Below, in pieces: positions 24,006-38,400 of a DNA stretch of 64,000 bases. A program made the translations under genes and the position numbers. The notes below the pieces were generated by a model, which searched no databases, had not been told where the DNA came from, and worked only from the letters and a program-made list of their open reading frames with translations. Position 1 is the stretch's first letter, and every line of letters begins with the position of its first letter. The DNA is from Magallana gigas (Eukaryota). The DNA is taken from the NCBI RefSeq assembly GCF_963853765.1, contig NC_088855.1:23498001-23562000 (forward strand), written 5' to 3'.

Positions 24006-26993
24006 ATTTATTCATAAATTAGAATTGTGTTGCTAAAGAATGATACAACATCTAAAAGTAATTTTAAAGAAAAGTATCTGAGAAATGAAAGGATCCTTCC
24101 ATTTTCTCAACTTATACTGCTGGCATGGGAGAAGGTAACATCTAGCATCATGGTATAGTGTCTCTGAATGTTTGCTCTCAATGTCTTAATTAATACTTCA
24201 AATTATGCTAATGCTTTAATAATTAAGGGCTAAAGCTTGCAACTGTGTGAAGTATATTAATATGACATATATTTGATCTGTACTCCTTTTTGACATGGAG
24301 ATATTATTCTGTTTCATTGCAATCAGCATGGGTGGCATCTACTTATGGTTAATCCACAGAAGTAAGGTTCTCAGATGGCCATTGTAATGTTTAGATGTAG
24401 TATTCAATTGTGTCTGTCTTCCATCTATAGAATATATAATGTGCTGGTATATATTCTTCTGTAGCCTTACAAGTGTACCCATCAATACCTGTTGGTCAAT
24501 AGCATTATTGATTTATCATTACAAAGTTAGCTTTCCTGCTGTTGTTTCACAGACTGGCTGTATAAATATACCCCACAGCAAAACTATGTTTGCTGGGTAT
24601 AAGACATTGCCCTGTCAGTCAGTCTGTCTATCTGTCTGTCTGTCATATCTAAGTTTCCTGGGCTGTGACTTACTATCTTAATCAAAAGATCATATAAACT
24701 CACTTGAAGTTTTTAGACACAAATTAAAAAAAAAACAAAAAACATTCAATTTTGAGACAGAGAAGAAAAAGAACAGATAGACCTTGCTTTGATTTTTTTT
24801 ATTGGGCATCAAATTTCATAAATTACAGTTGACTTCTTGCTCAGAAAGGTTATGCGGGGGTATATGTCTCCAGTGGACAGCTCTAGTCTTAGATAAGCTT
24901 GAATATGTAATGTATTATGTTGTTATATACACTCTTCCTCTAACTCTTGCAGCTTGGGTGTATTCAAAATATGGTGGCTAAAGGTTGTTTTCTGTGTTGT
25001 CAATTTGTGCTTCTTCCTTATTTTTGATCTTATTTTTAGACAGGAAGGATTATTTTGAACACAAACAGTAGTCTAGAAAAGGTTTTCATGCACTTTTATA
25101 GTCAATTGTTTTGACAACACTTGCTACCAAAACATTTTTACTGAAGCATGAAACTTTTTATAAGATTTAGATGTAGTGCATTTGTAAGCATTTGAAAGAA
25201 ATTTGTTTAATTTATCATATAAATAACTGTTCCTATAAGCCCTTTATACCATGTGGGAAGTAAAAACACACTAACTTCTTTTTATAGAAATTTTTAAGGA
25301 AGAAATATTTTTGTAGGTAGACCACTTGTTATCTTTAGATACATGCACAGTCAAACTTTGTTGTTTAAAAACATCGAAATATCAGAATATTCGAGATATT
25401 GAGGGTAAAATACTTTTGAAAAATAAGTGGTTGGGACTTACAATTAACTTTGACATATCCATTGTTTTTATCAGTGTGCGAGATATCAAAATTCAACTAT
25501 ATATGTAATTTGAAAAGTTGGAATATTTTGCAGTCTAGAAAAGTAGCAAGTGTTGTTTCTAATTGATATAATTTTCATTGAAACAACCCCATTGTTTGCA
25601 CTTGATCTTCTATGACTCTTTTAATTTTAATTCTCTGTAGATACCGTAATTTGGAGGTCATGCATATTAAAAATTATTACCAATTCCCATCACTTTTAGT
25701 TGTTTGATACACTTTGATGAATAAAGAAGCAAGACGATATGTGGCTGAGTTGCTATTCTAAAGATAAAATTTGAATATATTTAACCTTACATGAAGAAAA
25801 TGTAAGCATGCAATTGCAGCAAATTGAACTATACATAAAGCTATTTGTTTTGCCCCCCCCCCCCCCCCAACAATTTTCAAATAAAAATAATGGGTAAAAT
25901 ACATATATCAACAAAGAAAGGTAAATTTGAAAGATTTATAACCCATGTTTCTGTATTAATGAAAATTGACAATTCATTTTAACTTTCAAATCTTCAATAT
26001 GAGTTAAAAATAGCTAAGATTTGCCTTTATTGACTGTAATCTGTTTCTATAGCAACGGATAAGTGAAATCAGCCAACTTATTCAGCCTTGCTTCTTTGTT
26101 TGGAGTATATATATCATAGAGTGAAATATATTTGTTTAAATATCAGTGACCATGCATGCTGGAACCATTGTAAGAAATTTTTGATTGATTTGAAAATTTC
26201 TTTTTAATATGCATTTATTTGTCTAATAGTGATAGCAGTTACAATATTTTTGTTATTTAATATTTTTACACAGTTTTGAATGAAAAAGGATCTCAGAAAA
26301 AAATCATTAATTTATGATATGGAAAATAGGGATTTATTAGTTTATGCATCCATAAAGTTTATGAAAGTGTTTATTGTTTAAAATTTGGTCAGAATATGTA
26401 AGAATAATTTTGGTCAGAAAAATTATGGGAATTGTATAAATCATGAACAAGATCATAATTCAGATATTTTTTTGGGGGGGGGGGGGGGGGGGGGGGGATG
26501 GGGGGTAAAATTTGATTTCTCAGAGTTGTACAATTTTGGAACATAATATTAATAATAACAGATTTCAGAAAAATTTTGTATACCATGGTACCATAGTTTC
26601 GACATGTTGCCATATATGAAATATCATACATGACAATTAAGTCAAAAAAAAATATCCAAAACAAATATAAAGCCAATAAATCCACACAAAAAAATCTTGG
26701 TTATCATGAAACTCTTCACACAATATTTTTGTTAGTACATACATGTATATCTTATTTCAGAAAAGGTGTAAAAAAAAAAAACCCCAAAGTTTATCTTTTT
26801 TCAGAAAACCTGTATAAAAAAGTTCTGCTTTGTAAAACGTGTAATAAAATCATAGGGTCTTTGATAGCTGTTGTTGTAGATGTAAAGAACATGTAAAAAC
26901 TTAATTGTTAATAATTGTGTTTTCGTTCTTTGTGTAGTTTGGGCTGTTACAAGTCAACAAAGCAGTGGAGACAGTACCAACAACAGTGGATAA
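16916..26993 (+). CDS. VAMP: Synaptobrevin / VAMP1-2-3-like R-SNARE with alternative exons
   Basis: Split start codon AT|G: AT at 16916-16917, then GTAAGT. Core exons 19749-19830, 19958-20036 and 20157-20236 encode [68 protein letters not shown] exons 22668-22719 or 23815-23866. Terminal exons 24327-24352, 24953-24981 or 26938-26993. Confidence 0.95.
18276..18323 (+). CDS. VAMP 48-nt in-frame cassette exon ([15 protein letters not shown])
   Basis: ttttgttaag|GTCTGCT...CCACCAAT|gtgagt. Phase 2 at both ends, matching exon 1 (AT|) and exon 19749 (|G). Pro/Gly-rich like synaptobrevin N-termini. Confidence 0.8.
21001..22055. mobile_element. piggyBac-like non-autonomous element with TTAA target sites
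   Basis: TTAA|CTCTTTACCCCTTA...TAAGGGGAAAAGAG|TTAA, plus subterminal inverted repeats (TTTTGACG...GGCCATATCCTTAA). Confidence 0.7.
22668..22719 (+). CDS. VAMP transmembrane exon A ([17 protein letters not shown])
   Basis: attgtag|ATG...ATTG|gtaagt; 52 nt, phase 0 to 1. Confidence 0.88.
23815..23866 (+). CDS. VAMP transmembrane exon B ([17 protein letters not shown])
   Basis: tttatttccag|ATG...GTCG|gtgagt; 52 nt, phase 0 to 1, same length as exon A. Confidence 0.85.
24575..24890. mobile_element. Degenerate Helentron-type short element
   Basis: Hairpin-like CAGCAAAACTATGTTTGCTG, (TCTG)n tract, and end GCGGGGGTAT...CTCTAGT. Confidence 0.4.
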
Positions 26994-29579
26994 GTCAACT
27001 ACATCTCTCAGAGCATCATCCATATTTCTAGTGCTTAGTTCCTCTCTTCAGGGACTCTCTTATTTCAACTGACAGTTTTCAAAGTTTAAAGTTGTTGTTT
27101 TTTCCTCTCAAGTTTGACATAAAACAAAATATTGATATTTAATAAGAAATAATGTGTCTATGCTTGAAAATAAGTGATGTGAAATTGTCAACTGCTTTAT
27201 TGAATTCAAGTTCTGTAGAGTTGATTATTTTTTTTTCTCTCATGTTTTTCTTGTATGTATTTGCTGTCCTCAGGATTAAAAGAAAAAGATTTTGATTGAT
27301 TTTGATTTTTTTCTGTAAAATGAAAAAAAAAAATGATGTGATTAATGGTACAATGTATTTATGATTATTCTAATATTGTTAAGTTTTATTGTAAAAATCT
27401 GATATGAATTAATCTATATGTACATGTATATGAACATAACCAATGTAGAGATTTCTTGCACAACATTCCAGTGTTCACGAAGGTTTATTGCTAGCTTAGA
27501 TTAAATGACTGTCATGCTCTTATATTTTATTTTATAGGAATCTGTTTTTGGGGAAATTAAAGTGCATACATGGGTTAACAGAATCATTAGTTAATTAATT
27601 AAAAAATATGCAAACAAATTCTATAAGCGAAACTAGATGGCTTTTTTTAATTTGCTTTCAACCTGTTTCCTTTGACTTATTTAAGGTGGTCTCTGATAGC
27701 ATTAGTATACAAAATGACCTTTGACCCTAGTGTGGTCAAATAAAATACTGGAAATCTCAAGGATGAAAAGGCGTCATATACAAGTTTACCCATGTATGCC
27801 TTTAAGATGGAAATGACTGGATAATGTGTGTCTAGACTCTATAGAATAATTCAGCAAGTTGTGGACTACGTAATGATTATACGGGATATATTTACCGAAT
27901 TATTGCCCTTCATGTTTGTCTATTTTTAATTGTCAGCTTTTTTTTTAACCAGAGTTGGTCTGCTGTCCCTCTTTTACTATTATTCCAATACCTTGTTTTG
28001 GGCTATTGGAAAAAAGTGAAAAGTCATAAATATATTGTATAGAACAAGTAAGGTCATATTTTTATAGGAAGGAAGGTCTTGGGTAATATTGATTTACAGC
28101 ATGCCCCCCCCCCCCTTTCCAAAAAAAAAATTCGAAGGGGTGTTAGCTGTATGACAAAAATGATTTCTACAAAAATTGAGGGAATTCTGAAATGATCGAT
28201 CTCAAATAGTTTACACTTTCAACAAAGTTTTTAAGATTCTTATGATTTTCTTTCACTTAAAGAAGTATAATAATAGTAGTATTTGGTTTGCCTTGTTTTT
28301 GTTTGAACTTTACATTTTTGGTCATAAAAACAATAGTATTCCCTAACAGATTTTGAACAAAATTGGTTGTCATCAATGCCCCATTCACATAAATTAATAA
28401 GAAATAAAAATACAGCTAATACCTAGATTCTTGCATGTGGTGGAATCCTAATGAACTTCTGGAATGTCTAATTAGGCAACAAAGTCCTTGAAGAAGTAGA
28501 GTTATACGTAGTTGGCTACGTTAGGTGAGTAGTGCGTCCCACTGGGGGGCTCTTGTTGATGGTACTCGTCTGTTGGTAGTCATTACTGTACATACATTAA
28601 TGTTTATTATTTATTATTGGGTCACATAGTTATCATTATTATTACTCTGTTTACATTATGTATGATGGAATCCTGTTTAAAAATTTGTACATACATTGTA
28701 AAATAATCAGATTCTTTAACTGGACTGCGAGTGGGATTATTTTCATGGCTTAAATTTATGTCATTATGCTGTTCCTTCTAACCCCCTGATGTGTACAATT
28801 TTTTAATGTTCGAATATTTTTGCACCTGCATGCTTTCTGAATCAAAGATATTTTGTCATTCTAATTAAATTTGAAAAAAAATTTGCCAAATTAAGATCAA
28901 CCTGTCCATGAAACGTGTTTGAGGTGTATTTGTTTCCATTATATAGGATTCCAGTTGCATTTTATGTGTGGAATTGTAGCTCTGACATGGTATGTATATC
29001 TTGATATATGTACTTGGTCCCAGTGTCAGGCTAACACATTGTATAGAATAATCTGTGTTGTCTTGTTGATGCAGTCAGTGTAAGAAATAGATTAAATGCT
29101 TACCATACATAGGTATATCGTATTTTGTCCTTTTTTATGACTGCAAGAAGGAAGGTTTTTAGGGAGTCTGATTATGGAAGCCCAAATGAACAAAAAAAAA
29201 CTCGAACAATTGATCACTTTGATTTCTGGTATTAGTTCAAAGCAGAAAAACTGGACTTTATTATTCTAATGGATGAATGGAGTTTAGGCACAAAAGTGTT
29301 CATGATTATCGAAATATTAAGGTTTCTCCACCCTTGATGATCTTATGGTATATGCATGTAATAGTTGTTTAAATTTGAAGATCAATACGTAAGCAATCAA
29401 ATTGTACTTAATTTTGGATATGTTGCAAATATATTTCTCATGATGTAGGAGCTAACACGGGTACATGTATTTTGTATCGGTAGAATGTCCTTCATAAAAT
29501 GTTTATTGAAATTAAAATTAACTATTATAACTCAATTATTGATTGAAAATTAAGAGTTAAATCATTGATTAGCATCCAA

Positions 29580-30640
29580 ATTTTACACGTTGAAATTATC
29601 AAGTTTTACATAGTAATATATAGAGAAAATCGTTAAAAAACTTCTTCTCAAAAACTATTAGGGCAGAAAAGCTCAAATTAAATTGGAAGCATACTCAGGT
29701 AGTGTAGATTCAAATTTGTTCAAATCATAGTCCCTGGGGGTAGGATGGGGCCACAATGGGGGGGATCAAGTTTTACATAGGAATATATAGAGAAAATCTT
29801 TAAAAATCTTCTTCTCAAAAACTATTTGGCCAGAAAAGCTCAAATTAAAATGGAAGCATCCTCAGGTAGTGTTAATTCAAGTTTGTTCAAATCATAGTCC
29901 CTGGGGGTAGGGAGGGGCCACAATTGGGGGGATCAAGTTTTACATAGGAATAAATAGAGAAAATCTTTAAAAATCTTCTTCTCAAAATCTATTTGGCCAG
30001 AAAAGCTCAAATTAAAATGGAAGCATCCTCAGGTAGTGTAAATTCAAGTTTGTTCAAATCATAGTCCCTGGGGGTAGGGAGGGGCCACAATGGGGGGATC
30101 AAGTTTTACATAGGAATATATAGAAAAAATCTTCTTTTTAAAGACTATTTGGCCAGAAAAAGCTTAAACTTGTGTAGAGGCATCCTCGGGTAGTGTAAAT
30201 TCAAGTTTGCAAAATCAGTCCCTAGTGATAGGGCGGGGCCGTGATGGCGGTTTGAATTTTTACATAGGAATTTATAGAGAAAATCTTTAAAAATATTCTG
30301 GGAAAGTTTTCGGTCCAAAACTCAGTACTTAGTGTGAAAGCACAGGTTATGCAGATTTAAGTTTGATGAAACCATGATTCCCTAGAGAAAAGTGGGGCCA
30401 CGAAATGGGGGGGGGGGGTATATAGGAATAAAAGAAAAATCTTCTTACAGGTATAACAACAAAAAGGGCTTGGTATTTATAAAAAAAAAAGAGGTGGATA
30501 AAAATTGGCAGATTTTCAATTTTTTTTAGCAAGATCTATTGTACTTAGTTGTCAAGATATTTTGATACTGTAATGCTAATTTGATCAGAATTAAGGCAAT
30601 TGTTGCTCAAGTGAGCGGTGTGGCCCCTGGGCCTCTTGTT
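29580..30640 (-). repeat. Cg170-like 166-167-bp satellite array inside a Helentron-type element
   Basis: Units begin at 29601, 29768, 29935 and 30101, with a diverged fifth unit. The right boundary is the reverse complement of AACAAGAGGCCCAGGGGCCACACCGCTCACTTGAG, the typical oyster Helentron end. Confidence 0.8.
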
Positions 30641-31096
30641 TAGAAAGCCACTCAGAAGTTGGAGTACTTATCCGCTATTACTATTCGAATAGCAAATAGT
30701 AATCTGTGGTCCACAATTCAAATTACCGTAACTTTTTTTATCGACGTAAATCAAAATCAAAATCTAGATAACTTCCTTATGTTATCGAAAGAAACAGTGA
30801 TATAAATGTAAAGAAATGACCTGAACATTGACATAATTAGCTAGCCTGACGAGAGTGTAAGTAAATATATCATATACTGTTGTAAAACTATATTCAATGG
30901 GATGGTTAAGAGTCTAGATCCCGTATTTTAAGCCTTCATGTTTGATCAGGATGGGATACCGGGAAGCACCTATCGACCCTCAAAAGGATCCGGGTTTAAC
31001 TATCTAAATTGAACATCTTTATGGTAAATCATTAAGGAAATTTAAACGAAAAAATGTTAATATAATTGTTCATGAAATTTTGTAAATTATGTATTT

Positions 31097-31376
31097 CAGG
31101 CACGTAGCATCGGGGCACAGATTTTTCTTATAAATTTACGTACAAAAAATTGAAATAACATGGAGTTTGCCCCCATACTTTTATGGGAGCATGTAAAAAA
31201 TTGAATTGAAAATTAGGAAATGAAACGTGAGGCATACCCCCTCTGATTAGGATTTTCGGGATTTTGGAAATTGAAAGCAACCTTATTTCGTTTTTTTTTG
31301 TTTTTGTTTTTTTTTATTTGTCAAGTTTTTTTGGATGAGCCTGGCAACCACTTTAAAAAACGATGCTACGTGCCTG
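31097..31376. mobile_element. MITE with 16-bp TIRs
   Basis: CAGGCACGTAGCATCG...CGATGCTACGTGCCTG, flanked by TATTT on both sides. Confidence 0.7.
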
Positions 31377-32449
31377 TATTTAAGGAGCAAGGAAAACAGA
31401 AAGCGAATTTTAGACGTTATCCTGGTCAACTTAGTGGTAGGGAGCACATTGCGGATTTTGATATTTTTTGCTTATTTGATATTCAACTGATTTTGTTTAT
31501 AGTAGATATATGAATATGATGAAACAATAAATTATTTTATGTAATGCCGAATATAGGTGCATATCTTTACAGAAAAAAGTTAGAGACGATGTCCCCAAAT
31601 GCCTTACAAAATAAGGGTGAGAGTATATTGGAATCATTATCTAGATAAGATGACTCGTAGCATTTCAATAATCCTATATGAGTTTGGTTTTATCTTTTTT
31701 TTTTCCAGAAGAAACTCAGAGATCACGATTTTATCCCCCATAGACTTCAGGAAGAGCTAATAGTTGGTTCATAGAAAAGTTTGAATTTTAAAGTTACATT
31801 GTAAATCATTTTATCTTCTCATATTTTCTATCATTAAATTCTTACATAAAATGGTAAATGAAAGAAAAGGTTTGTTTAAAAAAATAATGATATGACATTC
31901 TATACATTTTTTCAGCAGTTTTAAAAAGGTTAAGGAGCGAGAGGATAACTTTTAAAGTAATTCTTGTTCTTCAACCAAATGTCATTTTTTTTTTTTCGTT
32001 TTCGTTTATTTCGCGAAAGTATTTCAAAATGTTGATTTTACATGTTCTCGCATAGTAAAAGCTGTATACATGTATGTTAATTAGATTATTATTTCATTAC
32101 ACGAATCAATAAAGGGGTGGTGAGTTTAATTCTATAGTGTTTCCTGCATGCCAACCTCCTGTCTATGGATTTGTTACAGGGTGTGTGACGTATGCGTTGC
32201 GTTAACACATCTGGTATTTCGCTATGATTGGCGCTTCAGCTGCCGAGAAGATTTATCTAAACGAAGCGTCCTATTTTATGATATCCGAGCGCAAACACAG
32301 GTCCGAATGATCTTTGCGATCTTCCAATTACACTTCTATAATCTTTGATACTTTGGAATAATAACATAAAAAAAAATCACACACTGAAAAGTTTTCACGA
32401 TGTGAAGAAAATTACAGAAATGAAATTGGATTAACCAGTTTTCGAAAAA

Positions 32450-35400
32450 ATGCGAGTTTTCACCATTTTCCGAGCCTTGTTTGTCCGAAGTTTGTTCGGG
32501 GCCCACGGGCTGATCGCCATTTGGCGCCTGTACATGGTGATTGGAGAGATCTGGTGTTGGTACCTGAGTGTGACGCTTCTTGGACTACTCATAGAGACTG
32601 TTGTTACCCTCGCTGTCAAACGTGGGAAGGAATGGAAATGGTATGTATGTTACAACAAGGCCTGATATTTATTGTTATTTGATATAATCCTAATTATTAC
32701 TATCATTAATTACATGTATATTAACCTCATACAATAAAACCTTATTCTTCTGAACTCGATGGAACCTTACAAAAAGACGCCTTCGAGATACGCGATGAGT
32801 CAAGATATCATGGTTAAAACGTTTAAAGAAAAATTGGACTTCCAAATCACTTTCATATAATCATGAAATCGAGATATCTGTGTTGAAGATACCGAATATC
32901 ACATTTATGAATGGTAGGAAATTTGTGATTGTGACAGAACAGTAAGATAAAGGAATTAGAGACATCTGCACTGAGAATAGAATTTCGCGCAAATATATTC
33001 TCTTTGAAACTGGTAAAAAAAAAATCACCGCTTCCACCACTCCTATACCCAAAAGGAAAAATGAAGTGTTCGTTTATGACGGCACTATGGTCGCTCCCTA
33101 TCTAAATCATTTTATCCCTATACGTTAAAAACAAGGCCTAATACTTTCGACATTTTGATCTGTTTTATCTCGACCGGAAGCGGTCAAAGTTTGTTTTAAG
33201 CATATTAAACATAATACTTGACACCGTGCTTGTTCATTTAGAAATGTAAACTGTTGATGAAAATAAAAATACTCATTTAAAACATGTATAGTTTGTAACT
33301 TTAGTCACTTCCGGCGGAGATTTGTGCTGAGTTGCAGGCCTTGTTCATTTATAGTACTAGGAATGGCGAATTTTATATACTGATTAATATGCGTTACGTC
33401 TTTGGATGGTACAGAAAGAAAACCTTAAAAATGTACATCATGAATTTTTTTGATATTTTTGTAGAATAAAGATGGAGATTATTTGATTATAAGCATTTTA
33501 CATTGTTCTGAGCCTTTCCGTAAAAAAAAATGTCTAAAAAAACAAAAGTGGCGATCATCCATTATTGGCGAAACGAGACCTTTGTGAATTATTTCTTCTT
33601 TAAAGACTACAGTGCATAAATGATTCTTGATAAATATAAGTAATGAAACCTGCAATATAAAATCACATGTATATTTTGATATGATATGGAATATATTAAA
33701 AAGACAGATGTGTTCTTTTAAAATTTACTTTCTGAAGAAAAGGAATCATAATATATTTGCAGCACGTCTTCAGAAACGCATATTGTGATATTTGCAATTT
33801 ATCTATAATTAAATCCGCTCGCATACTCGCTGTAGCAAGTACGCGAGTAGATCAAAAATTTTTAATTAAATTGACAAACATTGCATATGGATCAATAATC
33901 ACATTTTTTTTTTTATTTTGGGAGTTAACAGGTTTTGACGTTGATATATCGTACAATAAAGAAACGTTCAAATTTTTGCGATATTATAATTTTCAAAGAA
34001 AACCGTTAATTCTCATTAGCCTTTTAAATGCTCGCCCCTCAGTATCTTAACTGACATATGTATTAAATATATCGGAATTGAAGATTCTGTACTCCTGGCT
34101 GCAATACTTTAAAAGTCTGTACGCATGCGCGGATGTACTGTGGAATCATTAGAATTCGTGGTGGCTCAATTCGTGGGTAGCCTTTCCCCACGAATGTACA
34201 TCCTCAACGAAAACAAATTTAGAAAATGTTATCTTTGTTACTGAAACTGAAAACCGACGCATCCACAAAATTACATTCCAACGAATAAGTAAAAAACCAC
34301 GATCCACGAAAATTGGCCCTCACGAATATAAATGTTAATTTTACATGTACAAGTAACATCTCTCTATAATCTTAAAATAGGAAAACTAATGTGATTGTGG
34401 ATAAGTGCCATACTACGTTGCAAAGAAACAGCAAATTTATAGAATGATCACACACCTCGGTCAATTCGTACCTCATAGACGAAATCAGCCGAGGTATGCC
34501 AAATGATGGAAAATGAGCACTTGGAACCGTGCTCTCTTTGTCGCTAATGGTTTAATAGACCCCGGTATAATCCACGCTTAGTTAAATTCTCACAGTCATT
34601 GTGTAAGACACCATCAATCATAATTTGTAGTGGATTCAGAAAATATTGTCACTTTTTGATTTGAATTAAATGACCAGTGTTAAAAAGTACGATTTTAAAG
34701 ACATAAAAAGTTTCAAGGACTGCGTATATTTAAACAATAAAAAGCTTTCTTTAATTAGTGATTCATTCAGGTTATAAAGGTAGCGACACTGCAGAAAAAT
34801 TACCCGCGTTAGCGGATTATGTGAATTATTCTGCAATGATCGCTACGTTCATAACCTGCATGAATCATCAAAGAAAGCGTTTTATTGTTAATATTATATA
34901 AATAGTGCCTGTTTGGGAGGGTATCAGTTGAAATTGACTCCCCGAGAAAACCATTGTCAACCGACGCGAAGCGGAGGTTGACAATGGTTTTCGAGGGGCG
35001 TCAATTTCAACTGTTATCCTCCCAAACAGGCACTATTTATTTTGTTATACTGAATGTCTTAATTTTTAAGAAAATTTTACTGCTTTTATATAGGAATCAT
35101 GTGAATTCTACAGCGAACCGTACGCGCATAATTTTCGCGCATGTAACATTTTTTATTGTTATACTTTCATGTTAAATACTGAAATCTGATTGGTAAAGAC
35201 GCAGTTAATAATATTTACTATTACCCTCAGCGTTAGCAACGCACTTGGCAACGGGTAACATTAAAAAATGTTACATGCGCGAAAATTATGCGCGTACGGT
35301 TCGCTGTAGAATTCACGCTATTCCTATATAAAAGCAGTAAAATTTTCTTAAAAATTTAAAAAAAGACATTCAGTATAACAAAATAAATAGTGCCTGTTTG

Positions 35401-38400
35401 GGAGGATAACAGTTGAAATTGACACCCCTCGAAAACCATTGTCAACCTCCGCTTCGCGTCGGTTGACAATGGTTTTCTCGGGGTGTCAATTTCAACTGTT
35501 ACCCTCCCAAACAGGCACTATTTATATAATGTTACCCGTTGCTAAGTGCTTTGCTAACGCTGAGGGTAATAGAACGGATTATGAACTGTGTCTTAACCAA
35601 TCAGATTTCAGTATTTAACATGAAAGTATAACAATAACATTTGCCTATGACTAAATCAATTATGTTAAGTTAGTAAAATTCACCAAATTACTGTTAATGT
35701 ACATAAGTATGCTAGCTAAAAGAAACAGCCAAATCGTCTCCTGTGAGACATCATCATGAATATTTCGTGCAGTCCGTGATTTTTCTTAGGTCGCTGTAGG
35801 TTTCGACCAATCAATAAACATGGTGTGTCGATTTCAGTCCTGTCAGTTTTTTTGTCAAGTTCAGCCGCTGTAGATTTCGACCAATCGATAAATGGGATAT
35901 GTAGATTTCATTCTGGCTGTTTCTTTAGAGCTATGATTTAACTATATAAGTTTCTGTAAGAAATAGAGGATATAATACGTGGTAGATGTAAATATATATT
36001 CCTAAGCGACAAATTGAATTAAACTGGTTTGATTATGATTCGGATTTTTGGGGGTGGTAACGATCCGATTCATATAGAAATAAGGGAGAAAATGCTAAAT
36101 ATCTTTAAATGTCATTGGCGAAATAAAATAATCAAATGTAATACTGTTAGCACACTCTAATTTCTTCGACCAAGCCAGTGTTTCATTAGAAAAGACCAAT
36201 ACAGAGATATATACAGTTACTAGCGGGGATATATAGCTTACTCGCTATTAAAAAAAAAAACCAAAAAAAAAAAAAACCCACCAAAACACCTCAAACAGAC
36301 AAAGCTTGAGTCTCTCTTTCAACTTGATTATGTAGATATATAATAAAATAGTTTTGAATACAGCGGACTGTAGATAATGAACGCACCGGGTGCCGTCTCT
36401 CTCTCTTTTCCTAGTTTTTTTTTACGGAAGTATTGACCTTTAGTCTATGTTGTGGTCTTTGCAATATGATAGTCCGTTTGAGACTTCAGCATACTAGTCC
36501 ATCATCAACCTACACGTGTCCCGACACAAAGGGGGGAGAGGTAGCCACACTATAGCCAAGTCCCATCTTAATGTCATGAACGGAGGGTGACAATGGCGTT
36601 ATATAATCACCACAGAAAGTAATGCTGGGGAACCTTTCACAGAAAGTAATTAAAAGTATTCCCTCGATTCTAGCAACAGCAAAATTACTCATTTTCCCAA
36701 ATAGCTGTAATGACAATCAAATCTGGCTGGGTTTCTCACGTTAGCGTTAATTATACGTCCGCGGTAATAAAAACTCTCCCTAGTTTGTTATGTGTGTATG
36801 GTTTTTTGCTACTACTAAATGCTTGATCAAAAACCTCAAGTCAATCCAATTCTGTGCTTTCAGGTTTTGTCCCAGCGTGTTTTTCTATTTGGCGAGTGTA
36901 GTGCCCGCCATTTGGTTCTTAGAGCTGCATGCAATGGAGGACCGGATAGAAGAAAAGGCTGAACAAGAACGATTTAATATAACTACACAAAACCAGAACA
37001 GATCCGTGGAAGATTTAAAGATTATTATTAAAGATTTGGGGGTAAGAGGAATTCATATCGACACACTGGTTAATGCTCGACAAAAGTACAAAACATTTTA
37101 TTAATCTCGAAATTTTCTTTGATTTTAGAAATAAGGTTACATTACTTTTCAAATATCATCTTTTATTCAATCAGATAAATCAATAAGCATAACAGTGCGT
37201 GTACTTTAACACGAAGTGACGTCAGGAATCTATAGCCGGTATTTAGGAAATATCGGAGAGGCAGACAAATGGGGGGGGGGGGGGGGGGGCACCTGGCCAC
37301 TTAAAATAATTCTATTATAAATGTATGATAATAGCGTCATTTCACAACGCTCAAGAAAACATTTTATGCCTTGCATATTGTACAGATTTTATAAGTACAA
37401 AATATGCATCTTAAAAATCGGTGAAAGAAACCTAATTTCTCTCATATTTGCACTCTCTTAAACCGTTATTTTTTACACAATTGCGTTTGTAAAAACTTTG
37501 ATCAGGATTTATGTATTCAACACACCACCTTACTGCAGTTAATATTTTCTTTAATTCTGAGAAGTGTTTCAGTAAACAAATAAAATGAAAACATCAGGAT
37601 TTCTTCTTTTTTTTTTGGGGGGGGGGGGGGGGGGGTAAGAACATTAGACCTTTTATTGTTGTTTTACTACATATACATTTTTATATTGTAAGTATGATAT
37701 GAACAACTGATATCTTTTGTATCTTTAGATTGATTTTAGTTTCCCGTTGTCCTTGACCGCTGACCTTTGGCTGCGTGTCCTTGAGCAGTTTTTGCTGCTG
37801 ATGCTGATAGTCGGACGCTGGGTGCTTCCTAAAGGGGCGCTGTCACATGATCAGTTATCACAGCTCCTATTGGTTTATGTTGGCACTGCGGCTGATATTG
37901 TTGAATTCTACGAAGCATTTAATGAGGAGGCGGTAAGTTTGAATTATTGAATATTTTCACACAAAACATAGAACACAAAAACATATGTATTAAAGCAGTC
38001 ATGTTGTACATTTTAAATTACACTCACGTTTGTCCTAATTATATAAACTTCGCTCTTACAATAATTCATAGGCAAGTACCAATAACCATTTTAGGTAAAG
38101 TACAATCCATTGTTGATATATATTCTCCTTGGTATATGGACCATGAGCCTGCTTCAGTTCACGTTGGTCGTCACGGCAACGAGAGCACGGCGAGATCTTG
38201 TCGGCGTTCCGAGTGGACTAATCCTGGCAATGAAAGAAGAAGCGCCAAGCTGTTGCAATCCGGAAATCTACGGAATCATCGTGTCAATTCTGATGCAAGA
38301 TTGTCCCTTTCTTGTGATTCGGCTGCTTTTGATATTTTACTACCATGTTGTGAGCTATACAAATATGTTTTTCACTTCCAAAAACTCGTTGGTAATTCTG

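Noticed and set aside
8980-30640. Regular ~160-bp repeats as a CRISPR-like array
   Set aside because: The context is eukaryotic, the units are full tandem monomers without unique spacers, and they lie inside Helentron-type ends.
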